A stretch of 64,000 nt of DNA from Candidatus Bruticola sp. (GCA_051874735.1 JBJEGD010000016.1:33809-97808); one strand, 5' to 3'; positions 46,720 to 57,213 are shown, numbered from the stretch's first letter. Notes: a model not told the origin generated them from the sequence alone. Numbers and translations: made by a program.

Positions 46720-47465
46720 AAGCCAAATCCTCCGGTAGTTATGCTCTCTTTATTGATTTCCGTGGTAAAGTACATGCCTCGGGATAAATCTTGAGCTACT
46801 TCTCCATGCTGCATAACCACAACGCGTTTCTGCATGACATCTACCATCTGCTGATTATGGGTAGCCACAATAACGGTAGTGCCGCGGGCGTTTACTTTTG
46901 ACAAAATTTGCATAATGTCCCAAGAAGAATCTGGATCGAGGTTTCCGGTAGGTTCGTCAGCCAGGAGAATTAAGGGATCGTTAATTAAAGCTCTAGCTAT
47001 AGCTACGCGCTGTTGCTCGCCTCCTGAAAGTTGACTGGGTAAACGATCCGCTTTCTCCCGCAAATTTACTAAAGTAAGAGCTTTGGTAACTTTGCGCGGT
47101 ATAACGTAGCGGCTGGCTCCAGTAACTTGCATAGCATAGGCCACATTTTCAAAGACAGTTTTATGTCCTAGCAAGCGAAAATCTTGGAAAATTACCCCTA
47201 TGCGTCGACGAAGATAGGGGATTTGCGAGCGTTTCATATCGCTTATTTCCGTTCCGTCTACATAAACTAGTCCCATCGTGGGATCATTCTCACGGTAGAT
47301 TAGTTTCATTAAGCTAGATTTACCGGAACCTGTTTGGCCGACTAAAAATACGAATTCGCCACGCTTAATAGAGAGATCGACGCGGTTAAGGGCTCTTGTT
47401 CCATTAGGATAAATTAAGCTTATGTTGTGCAGCTCAATAATAGGTTCTTCTGCTTTGGGGATCAT
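46716..47465 (-). CDS. ftsE: Cell division ATP-binding protein FtsE
   Basis: [42 protein letters not shown]; start uncertain (47465 or further upstream). Confidence 0.95.
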   Translation of the reverse strand: MIPKAEEPIIELHNISLIYPNGTRALNRVDLSIKRGEFVFLVGQTGSGKSSLMKLIYRENDPTMGLVYVDGTEISDMKRSQIPYLRRRIGVIFQDFRLLGHKTVFENVAYAMQVTGASRYVIPRKVTKALTLVNLREKADRLPSQLSGGEQQRVAIARALINDPLILLADEPTGNLDPDSSWDIMQILSKVNARGTTVIVATHNQQMVDVMQKRVVVMQHGEVAQDLSRGMYFTTEINKESITTGGFGL

Positions 47466-47558
47466 GTAATACACAAGCCTTTTTAAAGTATTTGAAGCAG
47501 CCATCTGAATGCAATTCGCCAAGGAAGCTTCGTGTGACTGCTAAGCTGATTGAAACGG

Positions 47559-48212
47559 TCAAGCGGCGCTTGATGACTTCGCCTGCTCTGCCTTGTGTTC
47601 TTTCCAAGCATGGATAGCTACAGGGAGAACTGACAGTATAATAATACCTACTAGAGCTTTTTCCAAATGCTGTTGAACGAAGGGGATTTGTCCGAAAAAA
47701 TACCCCACGCAGGTCATACTAATTACCCAAGCTATGCCGCCTATACAATTAAAAGAGATGAAGCGGGGATAATGCATATCTGCTACACCGGCTACGGTGG
47801 GGGCAAAAGTGCGGATAAAAGGCATAAAACGGGCCAAAATAATCGTAATGCCGCCGTATTTTTCATAGAAAGCTTTAGTTTTTAAGAGATGATCTTTACG
47901 GAACCAGCGGCTTTGCTCCCGCTCATAAAGAGCCTGACCGGCTTTTTTGCCGATCATATAGCCCACTGAATCGCCGAGAATAGCAGCCAAACAAAGCCAG
48001 AAAATTACATGCCAAATATTTAGTAATTCAGGTTTCGTAGCGCAGACAAAACCGCTGACAACTAAAAGGGAGTCTCCGGGCAGAAAGAATCCCACTAAAA
48101 GTCCGGTTTCAGAGAAAATAATAATAAACAGGATAGTTAATCCGCCCCAAGCGATTATTTCCTGTATTCCTTCTATAGATAAATAATGGAGCAGATTTTG
48201 TATAAATTCCAT
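47559..48212 (-). CDS. DedA / VTT domain membrane protein
   Basis: FSETGLLVGFFLPGDSLL, ARFMPFIRTFAP. Confidence 0.95.
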   Translation of the reverse strand: MEFIQNLLHYLSIEGIQEIIAWGGLTILFIIIFSETGLLVGFFLPGDSLLVVSGFVCATKPELLNIWHVIFWLCLAAILGDSVGYMIGKKAGQALYEREQSRWFRKDHLLKTKAFYEKYGGITIILARFMPFIRTFAPTVAGVADMHYPRFISFNCIGGIAWVISMTCVGYFFGQIPFVQQHLEKALVGIIILSVLPVAIHAWKEHKAEQAKSSSAA

Positions 48213-48385
48213 TAGTATGTGCTTTCCTATCTTTTTATCGGATAAATGGACGGCTCAGACAAAGCTTTATCTGCCGTCATTTAAAACCGGGGCCTCAGGT
48301 TCTGCAAAATATTTATTTTGCCTTGCCGTTGACAGGCTATTACTTAAATTTCAGTCAGTAGACAGCTGAATTACCAGCTCTTCTT

Positions 48386-50422
48386 TTAGCCGTCAATCAT
48401 TTTCTTTTCTTTTTCGAACATATCGCTAATCTGCTGTCTAGCAGTGGAACCTGAGGTCGCTGAACCGTCTAAAGAGTCAAGACCTAAAGAGCCGAGCTCA
48501 ATTTTAGTAGCAAAAGTTTGATTATGTATTTCAGCTGCTAATTTTTCCGCTGTTTTTTGAGCACTGTTGTCCAGCTTTACTGAGGATGATGAAAGGATGC
48601 GCCCGTCTAGGCCGTACAGCTCAGCAGCCATTCTGTCGCCACGCATGGAAATGCGCATAGTCAAACCGGTATTAGTCACTTTGAAGCGAGGCGATTTGTT
48701 GAGCATGTTGATAAGCTGGCGGCAGGCAGCTGAGCCGTCTCCTTGGCAGGTAATTGGTACGCTAATTTCCATGTGACGTATAGAAGTAGGTGTAGATAAA
48801 ATCAGCTGAGCGTAGCTGTTAGCAGATGTTTGGAAGTCTCCTTGATCGTAAGCTAGCTGAGCTACTCTGGCTAAGGCTATGGAGCGCATTAAGCGGGCTG
48901 CTTTAGGGAGAGTAACTAGGGTCTTTTTATAATTTTTTAAGGCTGTATCTCTATTGCCGAACTGATAAGCTATTTCCGCTTTATGAAGCAGGAGATACGG
49001 CTCTTCTACAGGCAGATTGTCAGGGGCTGAAGTGATCACTTTATCAATGGCCGTTGCACAGACTCCGGGACCTAAGATACTTATAAGCAGCGGTTTATAC
49101 CATTCTGAGGCACTAATCGACTGAGAATTGTAAGGACGAAAGCTGCTGCCGACGCGTTTGTGTTTAGTCATCAGAGAGCGCAGGCGAGAAGAGGAACGCC
49201 ACAATTCATAATTAATAGTTATGATCTTCCAGCGTATAGGCAGACTTTTTAGCCAGGGAGTCCAGCTCAATTCTTCGCGCAGACATTCACGCATCGCTTT
49301 TAAGGCAGCATACCAAGTGAGCAGATTACCGCCTTCTGCCTGATCGATATCTAAAGAAGTTCCTCCCTGACGGTCAGGGCGGTTAACCAAACTTTGCAGC
49401 CTGGTGCAGGCCTCTGGAATAAAGCCCAGTTCCATGAGTAGAGTTCCAGTGGTCTGCAGATTGTCCGCCATAAATTGCTGATAAAGAAAGGGACGCAGGG
49501 CTTTGGATCGTTCGTAGGTCTTTTTTAGGCAGCTGGCCGCGTCGGCAAATTTGGCTTCAGAAATGTAAAGATTAGTTAAATCGCTGAAAGGATTAGTGTA
49601 AGATTGATCGTTAAAAGGCACTCTGGAAGCTTCATTAAAATATTCTTCAGCTTCATCAAAACGCCCTAAAGCTAAGGAAGCTTCCCCGCAGTTGCGCAAT
49701 ACGGTAGGATCTGGTTCTTTGCCCTGATCTTTCAGTTCGCTGATTAAGTTCCTGAAAGCATTATAAGAGGCCTGATAGTTGCCGCATTCCGATTCCAAAG
49801 CTCCCAACGTGTTCCACGCAATATTTCTGGCAGATACATTGCCGGAATTGAAAGCATCTGCAATAACTCCGCGAGCCTCTGCTTCGCGATCTAGTTTCAT
49901 AAGCGGCCAGGCCTTATCTACCTCAAAGTATTGAAAGCCAGGCAATTTAGAAAGTTCGTCTACAACCTCTATCTTATCTTGATAGGCGTCCATCTCTCCC
50001 AATATTTGGCTTAATTCGATTTGAATGCCAATAAGAAGAGACGGAGAAGCGTATGAGTCTGAAGATCTGAGGCGCTTAAGCAGATTTTTCTTCGCTACTT
50101 CTAGATTGTGACGGGCCCGCGGTAGATCTCCCTCTGCACAGTAAAACACAACGCCCAGAATAGCATGGCCTACAGGGGAATTCTTGTCTTGTTTGATCTT
50201 TTCTTCAGCAAACTTACGCCAAGCGATCATATTTTCAGTATCGTTGGCGATGTACATAAGTTCTTGGCCGCCTATATTTCTTTTGCTTAACGTTTCGAAA
50301 GTGTGGGAACTTTCCTCACTTAGGGCCGGGCTATTGAGAGGCGCTAAGATTAAGCCGATAGCTGCCATCAGCAAAATCAGTATAGTTCGATAAACTTTAT
50401 TTAAGCTGAGCGAAAATACCAT
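48386..50422 (-). CDS. Exported TPR-repeat protein
   Basis: N-terminal hydrophobic segment; TPR-like repeats (AWNTLGALE, NCGEASLALGRFDEAEEYF). Confidence 0.8.
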   Translation of the reverse strand: MVFSLSLNKVYRTILILLMAAIGLILAPLNSPALSEESSHTFETLSKRNIGGQELMYIANDTENMIAWRKFAEEKIKQDKNSPVGHAILGVVFYCAEGDLPRARHNLEVAKKNLLKRLRSSDSYASPSLLIGIQIELSQILGEMDAYQDKIEVVDELSKLPGFQYFEVDKAWPLMKLDREAEARGVIADAFNSGNVSARNIAWNTLGALESECGNYQASYNAFRNLISELKDQGKEPDPTVLRNCGEASLALGRFDEAEEYFNEASRVPFNDQSYTNPFSDLTNLYISEAKFADAASCLKKTYERSKALRPFLYQQFMADNLQTTGTLLMELGFIPEACTRLQSLVNRPDRQGGTSLDIDQAEGGNLLTWYAALKAMRECLREELSWTPWLKSLPIRWKIITINYELWRSSSRLRSLMTKHKRVGSSFRPYNSQSISASEWYKPLLISILGPGVCATAIDKVITSAPDNLPVEEPYLLLHKAEIAYQFGNRDTALKNYKKTLVTLPKAARLMRSIALARVAQLAYDQGDFQTSANSYAQLILSTPTSIRHMEISVPITCQGDGSAACRQLINMLNKSPRFKVTNTGLTMRISMRGDRMAAELYGLDGRILSSSSVKLDNSAQKTAEKLAAEIHNQTFATKIELGSLGLDSLDGSATSGSTARQQISDMFEKEKKMIDG

Positions 50423-50516
50423 GGGCGCAACTATTCCTTTAGCTGTTTGCTTATACTAATAATCACAATTTACTTTCATATTTAATGATTATATCTTTGA
50501 TCATTTCTATGAAAAT

Positions 50517-51527
50517 CTATTTCTTAAGTGTTGAGCGACAAAGCTCTTCAAGAGGGCCTTTGCAGCATTCTCTTATGACTCTTATCGGATCTTCTATTCC
50601 TGCTGCCAATTCTAATCTATGGGCAAATACATATGGCAAGAGGTAAGAAAGATCTTCGGCAGTTACATAATCGCGGGCTCTTTTTAGAGCGCAAGCTTTG
50701 AGAGCTGGCAGCATTAATACTAAACTGCGTGTTGATATTCCTTGAGTAACATGAGGAGATTGGCGTACTGCGTTGGCCATATCAACTAAGCATTGATTGA
50801 TGCGATCATCAACATAAACAAACTGATCTATAGTTTGACGAGCCTCTAAAATAGCTGTCTTAGGTACCATAGGAAAATCTTTACCTGGAGGAGTGCGTCT
50901 TTCCTGAATCGAGCGCAAAACATCGAGTTCAGATTCTCTGTCTATATTGTTCATGCGTATTTTAAAAAGAAAACGATCGTGTTGAGCTACGGGTAAAGGG
51001 TAAGTGCCGGCTTGATCTCTGGGGTTTTGCGTAGCAATTACGAAAAACAGCTTACCAAGGTTGTGGGAAGCATTATCTACAGTAACTTGTTTTTCAGCCA
51101 TAGCTTCGAGCATCGCTGCCTGAACTTTTGGAGAAGTTCGGTTAATTTCATCCGCCAGAACAACGTGGGCAAAAATAGGACCAGGACGGAAAGTAAAACT
51201 ACCGTTTTCTGGTTCAAAGACGGTCATACCGGTTATATCAGAAGGAAGCAGATCCGGGGTAAATTGTATGCGCCGGAACATAGTAATCGGAGGTTCTGGA
51301 TTGTCGTTGTATATGGACTCTCCCAGAGCTTTAGCCAGGGTAGTTTTACCAGAACCAGGAAAATCTTCCAGAAGCACATGGCCATCAGCTAAAATAGCTA
51401 TCAAAATAAGCTCGATTACGCGATCACGTCCGCGCACAGCTCTTTGTAAACGTGACTCCATGGTAAGGAGCAAGTTATAAGCCTTATCTAAACGAGCAGC
51501 TTTGTCGGCTTGCGAAGTTCTGTTCAA
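50517..51527 (-). CDS. MoxR family AAA+ ATPase
   Basis: PGSGKT, RIQFTPDLLPSDITG, LADEINR, ATQNP, DRF; TTG start with GGAGG. Confidence 0.96.
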   Translation of the reverse strand: MNRTSQADKAARLDKAYNLLLTMESRLQRAVRGRDRVIELILIAILADGHVLLEDFPGSGKTTLAKALGESIYNDNPEPPITMFRRIQFTPDLLPSDITGMTVFEPENGSFTFRPGPIFAHVVLADEINRTSPKVQAAMLEAMAEKQVTVDNASHNLGKLFFVIATQNPRDQAGTYPLPVAQHDRFLFKIRMNNIDRESELDVLRSIQERRTPPGKDFPMVPKTAILEARQTIDQFVYVDDRINQCLVDMANAVRQSPHVTQGISTRSLVLMLPALKACALKRARDYVTAEDLSYLLPYVFAHRLELAAGIEDPIRVIRECCKGPLEELCRSTLKK

Positions 51528-51583
51528 GATAAGTTTCCTCCGTCTGAAATAGACATCATTAGTTATTATTGATAATTAATTTT

Positions 51584-53938
51584 TTAGTGTACGAACAGCC
51601 AGGCAAAAGGATTAATGATACCTAGTATTCTCCGCCACCATGGAGCGCAAGAAGACAGCTCTGACTTAAAGGCAGAGTAATTGGTCGCACACTCCTTAGT
51701 TGTCGGCACGGCGTTGCGTGAGGTAAAGCCAGTTTTTGTATTTTCACCCAAATTGCATCGTATATGAGCCTGAGTCAGTTTTTGCAGAGTAGGCGCTTGA
51801 GCTGATAGGCGTTCGGCAAATTCTTCTCGCGTTTCCCCGTAACGTCGGCGCACGCCTATTTCGGCTAAAGAAACCAAAGCCGCTTTATAGACGCAATCTG
51901 CGCGTTTGGAGCCTGCGCTCAAGTGGGCCATCATATGTATATAAATCTTATAAATACAGGAGCCTATAAAAGCTGCGATTGCCAAAATAAGCATAAGCCA
52001 TCCCAAAGCTTTTACTAAGGTCCGCATTTGCATCTGCACATCTACAGGCTTTTGAACTTCACCCTCTTCATCGGTAGATTCCTCTCTGGCCATTTCGCCA
52101 AACATTTTCTGAAGATCGGCGTCTGGAGGTTCAGGAGGGGTCACATTAGAGCGTTCAGGAGAAACATCAATCGGATACCAACCTAAATTTTGGATATAAA
52201 CTTCGCACCAGGAGTGGCCGTTGTTGTTCATGATTAGCAGGGCAGAACCGCCGTAAGTATTTCTGGCGTCTACCGCATAACCGTCGGCTACGCGGGCTGG
52301 AATACCTATAGATCGGCATAAGTAGGCTAGAGCATTGGCATTGTGTACACAGTAGCCCACACGATCGCCAAACAAATACTTAGAAACGACGTCATCGCTG
52401 TCAGTTATTCTGACATTTGTATCGTAGGTGCTATTTTTATCCAGCCAGAGCTTCAAAGCGTACACCTTAGCCATGGGCAAATTTTTAAATGAAGTAGGAA
52501 TATCATTTTGGATTTTGAGAGCTAGCTCTTTGTATCGCTTGTCGTCAGGCAGTTTGGTATAATATTCAATATCAGCTTCAGACCAATTGGGATTATTAAG
52601 TTTGGCTTGCAATAGCGATTCCAGCTTACCTGAAAAGGAGCGGGAAAAAACTTCATAAGCGCCTATAAATTGGCCGTTGTTAGGATTAGGAGCCGTTTGC
52701 ATAAGCAAAGGATTTATTAAACCAAAAGGTTTATTATGCTCGGCAATAAGATTAACTTTGGTAGACACAGCTTTAGTTTGGGCTGCGCTAATTTGGGGAG
52801 GGGTAATAGGATTAGCTGAATTCACCTGAGGAAAACCAGAAGCTGTATCGTGATCGTAACGCCCAGAAATGTCGGCTACTAATTTTCGTCCATTGAAAAA
52901 ACTTTTAGCATCCTGTCTAAAATAGTAGTACCCTTCTGGAGGAGTGTAATCATCATTAAATAGAACCACAGCTACAGGCTTAGGCTTAGAGCAGGAAGAA
53001 CTGTTTTTATCCTGATCTTGATTATTGTTGTTTTCTTGGTCTTTTGAGTTATTTTGCTGACCGTTATTTTCTTGGTTATTCTGATTTTGCTTATTGTTTT
53101 GCTTTTGATCTTGGTTGTCTGAATTTTTTTGCTGCTGATTCTGATCTTGATTATCTGAGTCCTGATTCTGTCCGTTGCCGCCCCCTTTTTTACCTTTCAC
53201 TTCTTTCTGTTCGTCGCCTTGGGCTTGCCCGCCGATTATTTGTTCCGGAAGAGGTTGACGCAAATCTTTGAGGGGCAGAAATATACCTATCAACGAGATT
53301 ATGACGATTAAGATAGATAAATCGGCAATAGTACGTTTATTGAAGCGTCCAACTATAAGGAAGATTAAAGCTATAGCCAGAATTACGCCAGCGGCGATAA
53401 AAAATGGGACGGGATTCCAGCCTCTTGACCAGAGTGGATCAACAAAAAAGTAGGGGCGACTGATAAAGCCGTCTCGATGAGCTGAAAGTGGCAGCAGAGC
53501 TATATTGGCAACGATAATAAGTTCTATAGCTACAAACCAAGGGCGCCGTATACTGATGGCATGAATGGTCATAACTAGCAGCAGAGAGTTAATAAACCAA
53601 ACTAACCCTTGAGAAGATATGCTGGCACTTTCCGGTGATAAAAATAGTGAAGATAAGAATGAGCTATTTATAGGAATTTCCGCTATCCAAACCAGAAGGC
53701 GATCCAGAATTAGAGCGCCAAGAGTGAAAATTGGAATGCGCAGTCTGGATGAGGAAAGTCTATACGATAGCCAGAAACCGAGTACACCCCCTACGAATGC
53801 ACCTAGTATGCCTGTGGAAACTGATATAGTCGAAGCGTTGAGCGCTAAAATGATCCCCCACATTAAGCTATTGAAAAAGCGCTCTAAAATAGTTCCTAAG
53901 CTTAAGAATTTTTTCTTGCCTGGTATAAGCTCGTCCAT
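51584..53938 (-). CDS. Polytopic membrane protein with a transglutaminase-like domain
   Basis: Cys-His-Asp triad GYCVH / HSWCE / PIDVS, GIPARVADGY; N-terminal TMs; Q/N-rich linker; start taken at MDELIP. Confidence 0.9.
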   Translation of the reverse strand: MDELIPGKKKFLSLGTILERFFNSLMWGIILALNASTISVSTGILGAFVGGVLGFWLSYRLSSSRLRIPIFTLGALILDRLLVWIAEIPINSSFLSSLFLSPESASISSQGLVWFINSLLLVMTIHAISIRRPWFVAIELIIVANIALLPLSAHRDGFISRPYFFVDPLWSRGWNPVPFFIAAGVILAIALIFLIVGRFNKRTIADLSILIVIISLIGIFLPLKDLRQPLPEQIIGGQAQGDEQKEVKGKKGGGNGQNQDSDNQDQNQQQKNSDNQDQKQNNKQNQNNQENNGQQNNSKDQENNNNQDQDKNSSSCSKPKPVAVVLFNDDYTPPEGYYYFRQDAKSFFNGRKLVADISGRYDHDTASGFPQVNSANPITPPQISAAQTKAVSTKVNLIAEHNKPFGLINPLLMQTAPNPNNGQFIGAYEVFSRSFSGKLESLLQAKLNNPNWSEADIEYYTKLPDDKRYKELALKIQNDIPTSFKNLPMAKVYALKLWLDKNSTYDTNVRITDSDDVVSKYLFGDRVGYCVHNANALAYLCRSIGIPARVADGYAVDARNTYGGSALLIMNNNGHSWCEVYIQNLGWYPIDVSPERSNVTPPEPPDADLQKMFGEMAREESTDEEGEVQKPVDVQMQMRTLVKALGWLMLILAIAAFIGSCIYKIYIHMMAHLSAGSKRADCVYKAALVSLAEIGVRRRYGETREEFAERLSAQAPTLQKLTQAHIRCNLGENTKTGFTSRNAVPTTKECATNYSAFKSELSSCAPWWRRILGIINPFAWLFVH

Positions 53939-53942
53939 GGAA

Positions 53943-55313
53943 TCAGACCGCCTTTTCCTGAGCCTGCAAATAAGCGGCAGCATTATTGATGATCCTCCCC
54001 GTAGCCAGCTCACATAAAATCATGGGAGTTTTGTCACTCTGCAAAGCTTTGGCCGCTTCGGCTGGTCCTTTTAAGTTCTGCACAGCTGCGTCAGTGTAAA
54101 TCCATTTAGCCCATTTTCCTTCTTTCTTAGTTTGGTACTGATTATAGTTCGAGCCCAACAGCCAAGTTATGCTTAAATGGGTAGAGCGGACTGCTGCCAG
54201 AGCCGGTTTTATCCAGGAACCCGAAGAAGCAGGAACAAAGACAAAGCAGCTGTGGTAGCCGCGTTTAGAAGCTTCTTCTAAAAAGTTTTTAAGACCACAC
54301 AGAGGCTGTGACTCCGAGCAGCCCGACAAAGCCAAAAAGTCTAAAGCTTCGCCAATTTGGGAAGTTGTGCCGCTGCATCCGTCTGCCCCAAAAAGCCAAT
54401 TATCTCCTAATATTCTAGACTCTAAAACGGCTCTGGCAAAAGATGCACTTCCTTCGTCGTTGGCTCCAGAAACTAAATAAGCGCAGGTGCGAGTTTGAGC
54501 CGTCAAGGCTCGTTCCGGCATGCGCACTACTAAGCGCCTATTCCTAGCGTATACTTTCCAAAGAATCGAACGGGAGGAATCGCCAGGAACGTATTGGCGC
54601 ATTTCGATTAGATCGCCTTGAGGAGAACCATAAGGATCGGATATATCTTCTCCGCCGGCCATGCTCATAGTGATGCTGCTGCTGTTAATGCGGCAAGGAT
54701 GAGGATAAGCTTTAAACTTTACAGGTTTTTCGCTAGTCCAGGTTATACTGGCTAAGCCCAAAATATCTTCAACTTTAAATTGCCTGTAAATAGTGTCTGA
54801 GCTGCTGCGTTTCCAAGGTGTAATATATTCAGTAATTTTTGTCATACCTTGTCGGCATTCGACTTCTGCTATAGCAGGACGAAGCCACTTTATGTTGACA
54901 TTGACGAAAGGAATAGGCGGAAAATCGAGCTCCAAGCCTGAACGGGACTGTAAGCCTACCGAGGTATTGAGATCGGGAAGACCAATTTCGCAGGCTTTTT
55001 TCCAGCTGAAAGCCAGCCACACAGCGCCTACACTGACGGCTAATATCATTATAATGCCTACAATCATTAGGGCTACTGAAGCGGAAATCCAAACAATATC
55101 ATCTTGGCCTAGGGCTATGTAGTAGAAAGTCAGGGCTAAAGCCGCTATATAGACCGAGCCCATAGGGTTGATAGGAATAAAGCCGCAGACTTTTTTCACA
55201 AAATCTAAAAACGCGGTCCAGTATCCTCGCAAAATTGTTATGCGGGTTTTCTGGTCTTGAGAGATGTTTTCTGCAGAAGCTTCCCTTGCCGGCTTTTCGG
55301 TCAGAATTGTCAT
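53943..55313 (-). CDS. DUF58 domain protein
   Basis: EDILGL, EMRQYVPGD...ILWKVYAR, two N-terminal TMs; MoxR context. Confidence 0.88.
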   Translation of the reverse strand: MTILTEKPAREASAENISQDQKTRITILRGYWTAFLDFVKKVCGFIPINPMGSVYIAALALTFYYIALGQDDIVWISASVALMIVGIIMILAVSVGAVWLAFSWKKACEIGLPDLNTSVGLQSRSGLELDFPPIPFVNVNIKWLRPAIAEVECRQGMTKITEYITPWKRSSSDTIYRQFKVEDILGLASITWTSEKPVKFKAYPHPCRINSSSITMSMAGGEDISDPYGSPQGDLIEMRQYVPGDSSRSILWKVYARNRRLVVRMPERALTAQTRTCAYLVSGANDEGSASFARAVLESRILGDNWLFGADGCSGTTSQIGEALDFLALSGCSESQPLCGLKNFLEEASKRGYHSCFVFVPASSGSWIKPALAAVRSTHLSITWLLGSNYNQYQTKKEGKWAKWIYTDAAVQNLKGPAEAAKALQSDKTPMILCELATGRIINNAAAYLQAQEKAV

Positions 55314-55515
55314 TTTTTTGCTCTTTCATCTTGCTCATTATAGCAAAGACTGCAGCTGAGGTTATAACCTGAGCTGACAGGGTGAACTAAAACACAAGTG
55401 ATTAAATATCGAAGTATACCAGTCTGTTTCCTTTATATTTGAAAAAATTGTAATTATAGTAAAAATTTTTAATAAAATTGTAGATTTAAATTCTGCATAG
55501 TTATATCCTAACAAA

Positions 55516-56280
55516 ATGCAGAGTATTTCTAATTTGTCCGTCCCTTTAGCTTGGAAAGCTACTGTCAAGCAAGTATTCGGTCTCGATACCGAGATACAGG
55601 CTGTGTACTTTTATGAGAGCAAAAAGAACCAGGTGTCCAGACTTAGGCTTTTGATTAACGAAGAGAATATCGAAGTTATAACTAAGAAATATATATGGGG
55701 AGATATTGATAGCGAAATAGCTGTAATAAAAAAGGCTGACGGTTTGGAATTGAACGTCCCGCAGTTTTTGGCTCGCTTCTCTGATATAGCCTTTTTTACC
55801 CCAGTTCCTGGTAGACTGATGCACAATCCTCTCAGTAAAGAGGAAGCTGCTGCCTTAGGGCGTTGGCTGAGAGATTTCCATGAAAAGATGACGCCCAGGA
55901 GAGCTAGAGGTACCTTTTTGCGCGGCGACTGCAATTTAAAAAATTTTTATTTTGATGATGAGACGGGTAAAATATACTCCTTTGATTTTGAACAAGCTTA
56001 TTTCGGACCTTGCGAGGACGACTTAGCCGAGCTTATCGTCAGCATGCTTTCCGGTGCTGATGGAGACGATATTTGGAATTCACCTCACATACAGGCGATT
56101 AAAACTATGCTTCAGTTTTATAAGCGCAAGTTTAGTGCCGCTTTCCTTTATGAAGAAATTATTCATGGAATGTGTAATCGTATGGAATTTTGCCCGGAAT
56201 TCATTACGGAGATGCAGACTTTGGTGGCGGAGTTCAAACGAAATAAACAAGTGCTTTTGCAGCTTTTGTCTGAAAAATAA
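55516..56280 (+). CDS. APH/choline kinase-like phosphotransferase
   Basis: LGRWLRDFH, RGDCNLKNF (Brenner-type motif), FDFE, DLAEL. Confidence 0.8.
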   Translation: MQSISNLSVPLAWKATVKQVFGLDTEIQAVYFYESKKNQVSRLRLLINEENIEVITKKYIWGDIDSEIAVIKKADGLELNVPQFLARFSDIAFFTPVPGRLMHNPLSKEEAAALGRWLRDFHEKMTPRRARGTFLRGDCNLKNFYFDDETGKIYSFDFEQAYFGPCEDDLAELIVSMLSGADGDDIWNSPHIQAIKTMLQFYKRKFSAAFLYEEIIHGMCNRMEFCPEFITEMQTLVAEFKRNKQVLLQLLSEK

Positions 56281-56397
56281 TTGAAGTCAGTATTATTTTG
56301 GTGCTAAAAACTAAACTAACTAGTTGCCATGTTTATGGCGTGTTTTTAACTAATTCGGATAGAAGATTGTCTAGCCAGTTGTAGAGGGGAGTTCTCT

Positions 56398-57018
56398 TTG
56401 TCGGCTGAACTTGAGTCAAAGCTAAAATCCTGGGGCAATCTAGGTGAAGAAGCTGATGATTTTGCTTTATGGGAAAAACGCTACAGCTTGAAGGGAAGAG
56501 GTCCCAAACAGCCTGAGCCTTTTGTTGTTGAGAGCGTTCATTCTATGCCTGCAGGGAGAGTGTTGGACGTCGCTTGCGGAGAGGGACGCCACTCTTTGTA
56601 TTTGGCTCAAGCATCTACTGAATTTAGAGTACTAGGCCTAGATCGCTCTCCGACGGCTATAAAATCTGCTCGACTAAGGGCCGACCAATTAAACATACCC
56701 GTTGAATTTGCCGTTCGCGATCTTGAGAAAGAATTTTTGCCCGACGAATTTTACAGTACTATTGTGGTTACTCGATACTGGCAGCCCGATCTTTGCCCTT
56801 GTTTAGCACATCATTTGCTACCGGGAGGGATGTTGGTATATGAAACTTACACTTTAGAATATCTGCGTTACGGTGAACGTACCCGTCGCCATTTGCTTAA
56901 AACCGATCAACTTAGGGAAACTTTTGAAAATTTAGGTTTGCATATTGATTATTATGCTGAAGTAGATCGTCCAGAAACTAGGGAGTATTCAGCCCGTCTT
57001 CGCGCAAGAAAATTATAA
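56398..57018 (+). CDS. Class I SAM-dependent methyltransferase (TehB-like)
   Basis: VLDVACGEGRHSLYLA, GLDRS, LLPGGMLVYETY. Confidence 0.85.
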   Translation: MSAELESKLKSWGNLGEEADDFALWEKRYSLKGRGPKQPEPFVVESVHSMPAGRVLDVACGEGRHSLYLAQASTEFRVLGLDRSPTAIKSARLRADQLNIPVEFAVRDLEKEFLPDEFYSTIVVTRYWQPDLCPCLAHHLLPGGMLVYETYTLEYLRYGERTRRHLLKTDQLRETFENLGLHIDYYAEVDRPETREYSARLRARKL

Positions 57019-57125
57019 ATACGCGTTTATATTTTATAAAGGTGACCTTAATAAAATGGCAAAAATAGTTTGTGTGGCCATTAAACTTTGTTGATTTCTC
57101 GGCTTGGTTGTAAAATTAAGCCCAT

Positions 57126-57177
57126 TTTTATATTATTTTATATTATTTTATATTATCGAGTTGTATTTTCGAGTTGT
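57126..57177 (+). repeat. Intergenic 10-bp tandem repeat (ttttatatta x3) followed by tcgagttgt x2
   Basis: Read directly; upstream of the macroglobulin start. Confidence 0.8.
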
Positions 57178-57213
57178 GCAAATAAATAAAACAAGTTAGG
57201 CAGGTCCGAAGAT

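Noticed and set aside
55516-56280. Aminoglycoside resistance gene
   Set aside because: Only the general APH/choline kinase fold motifs are present; no mobile context and no evidence of substrate
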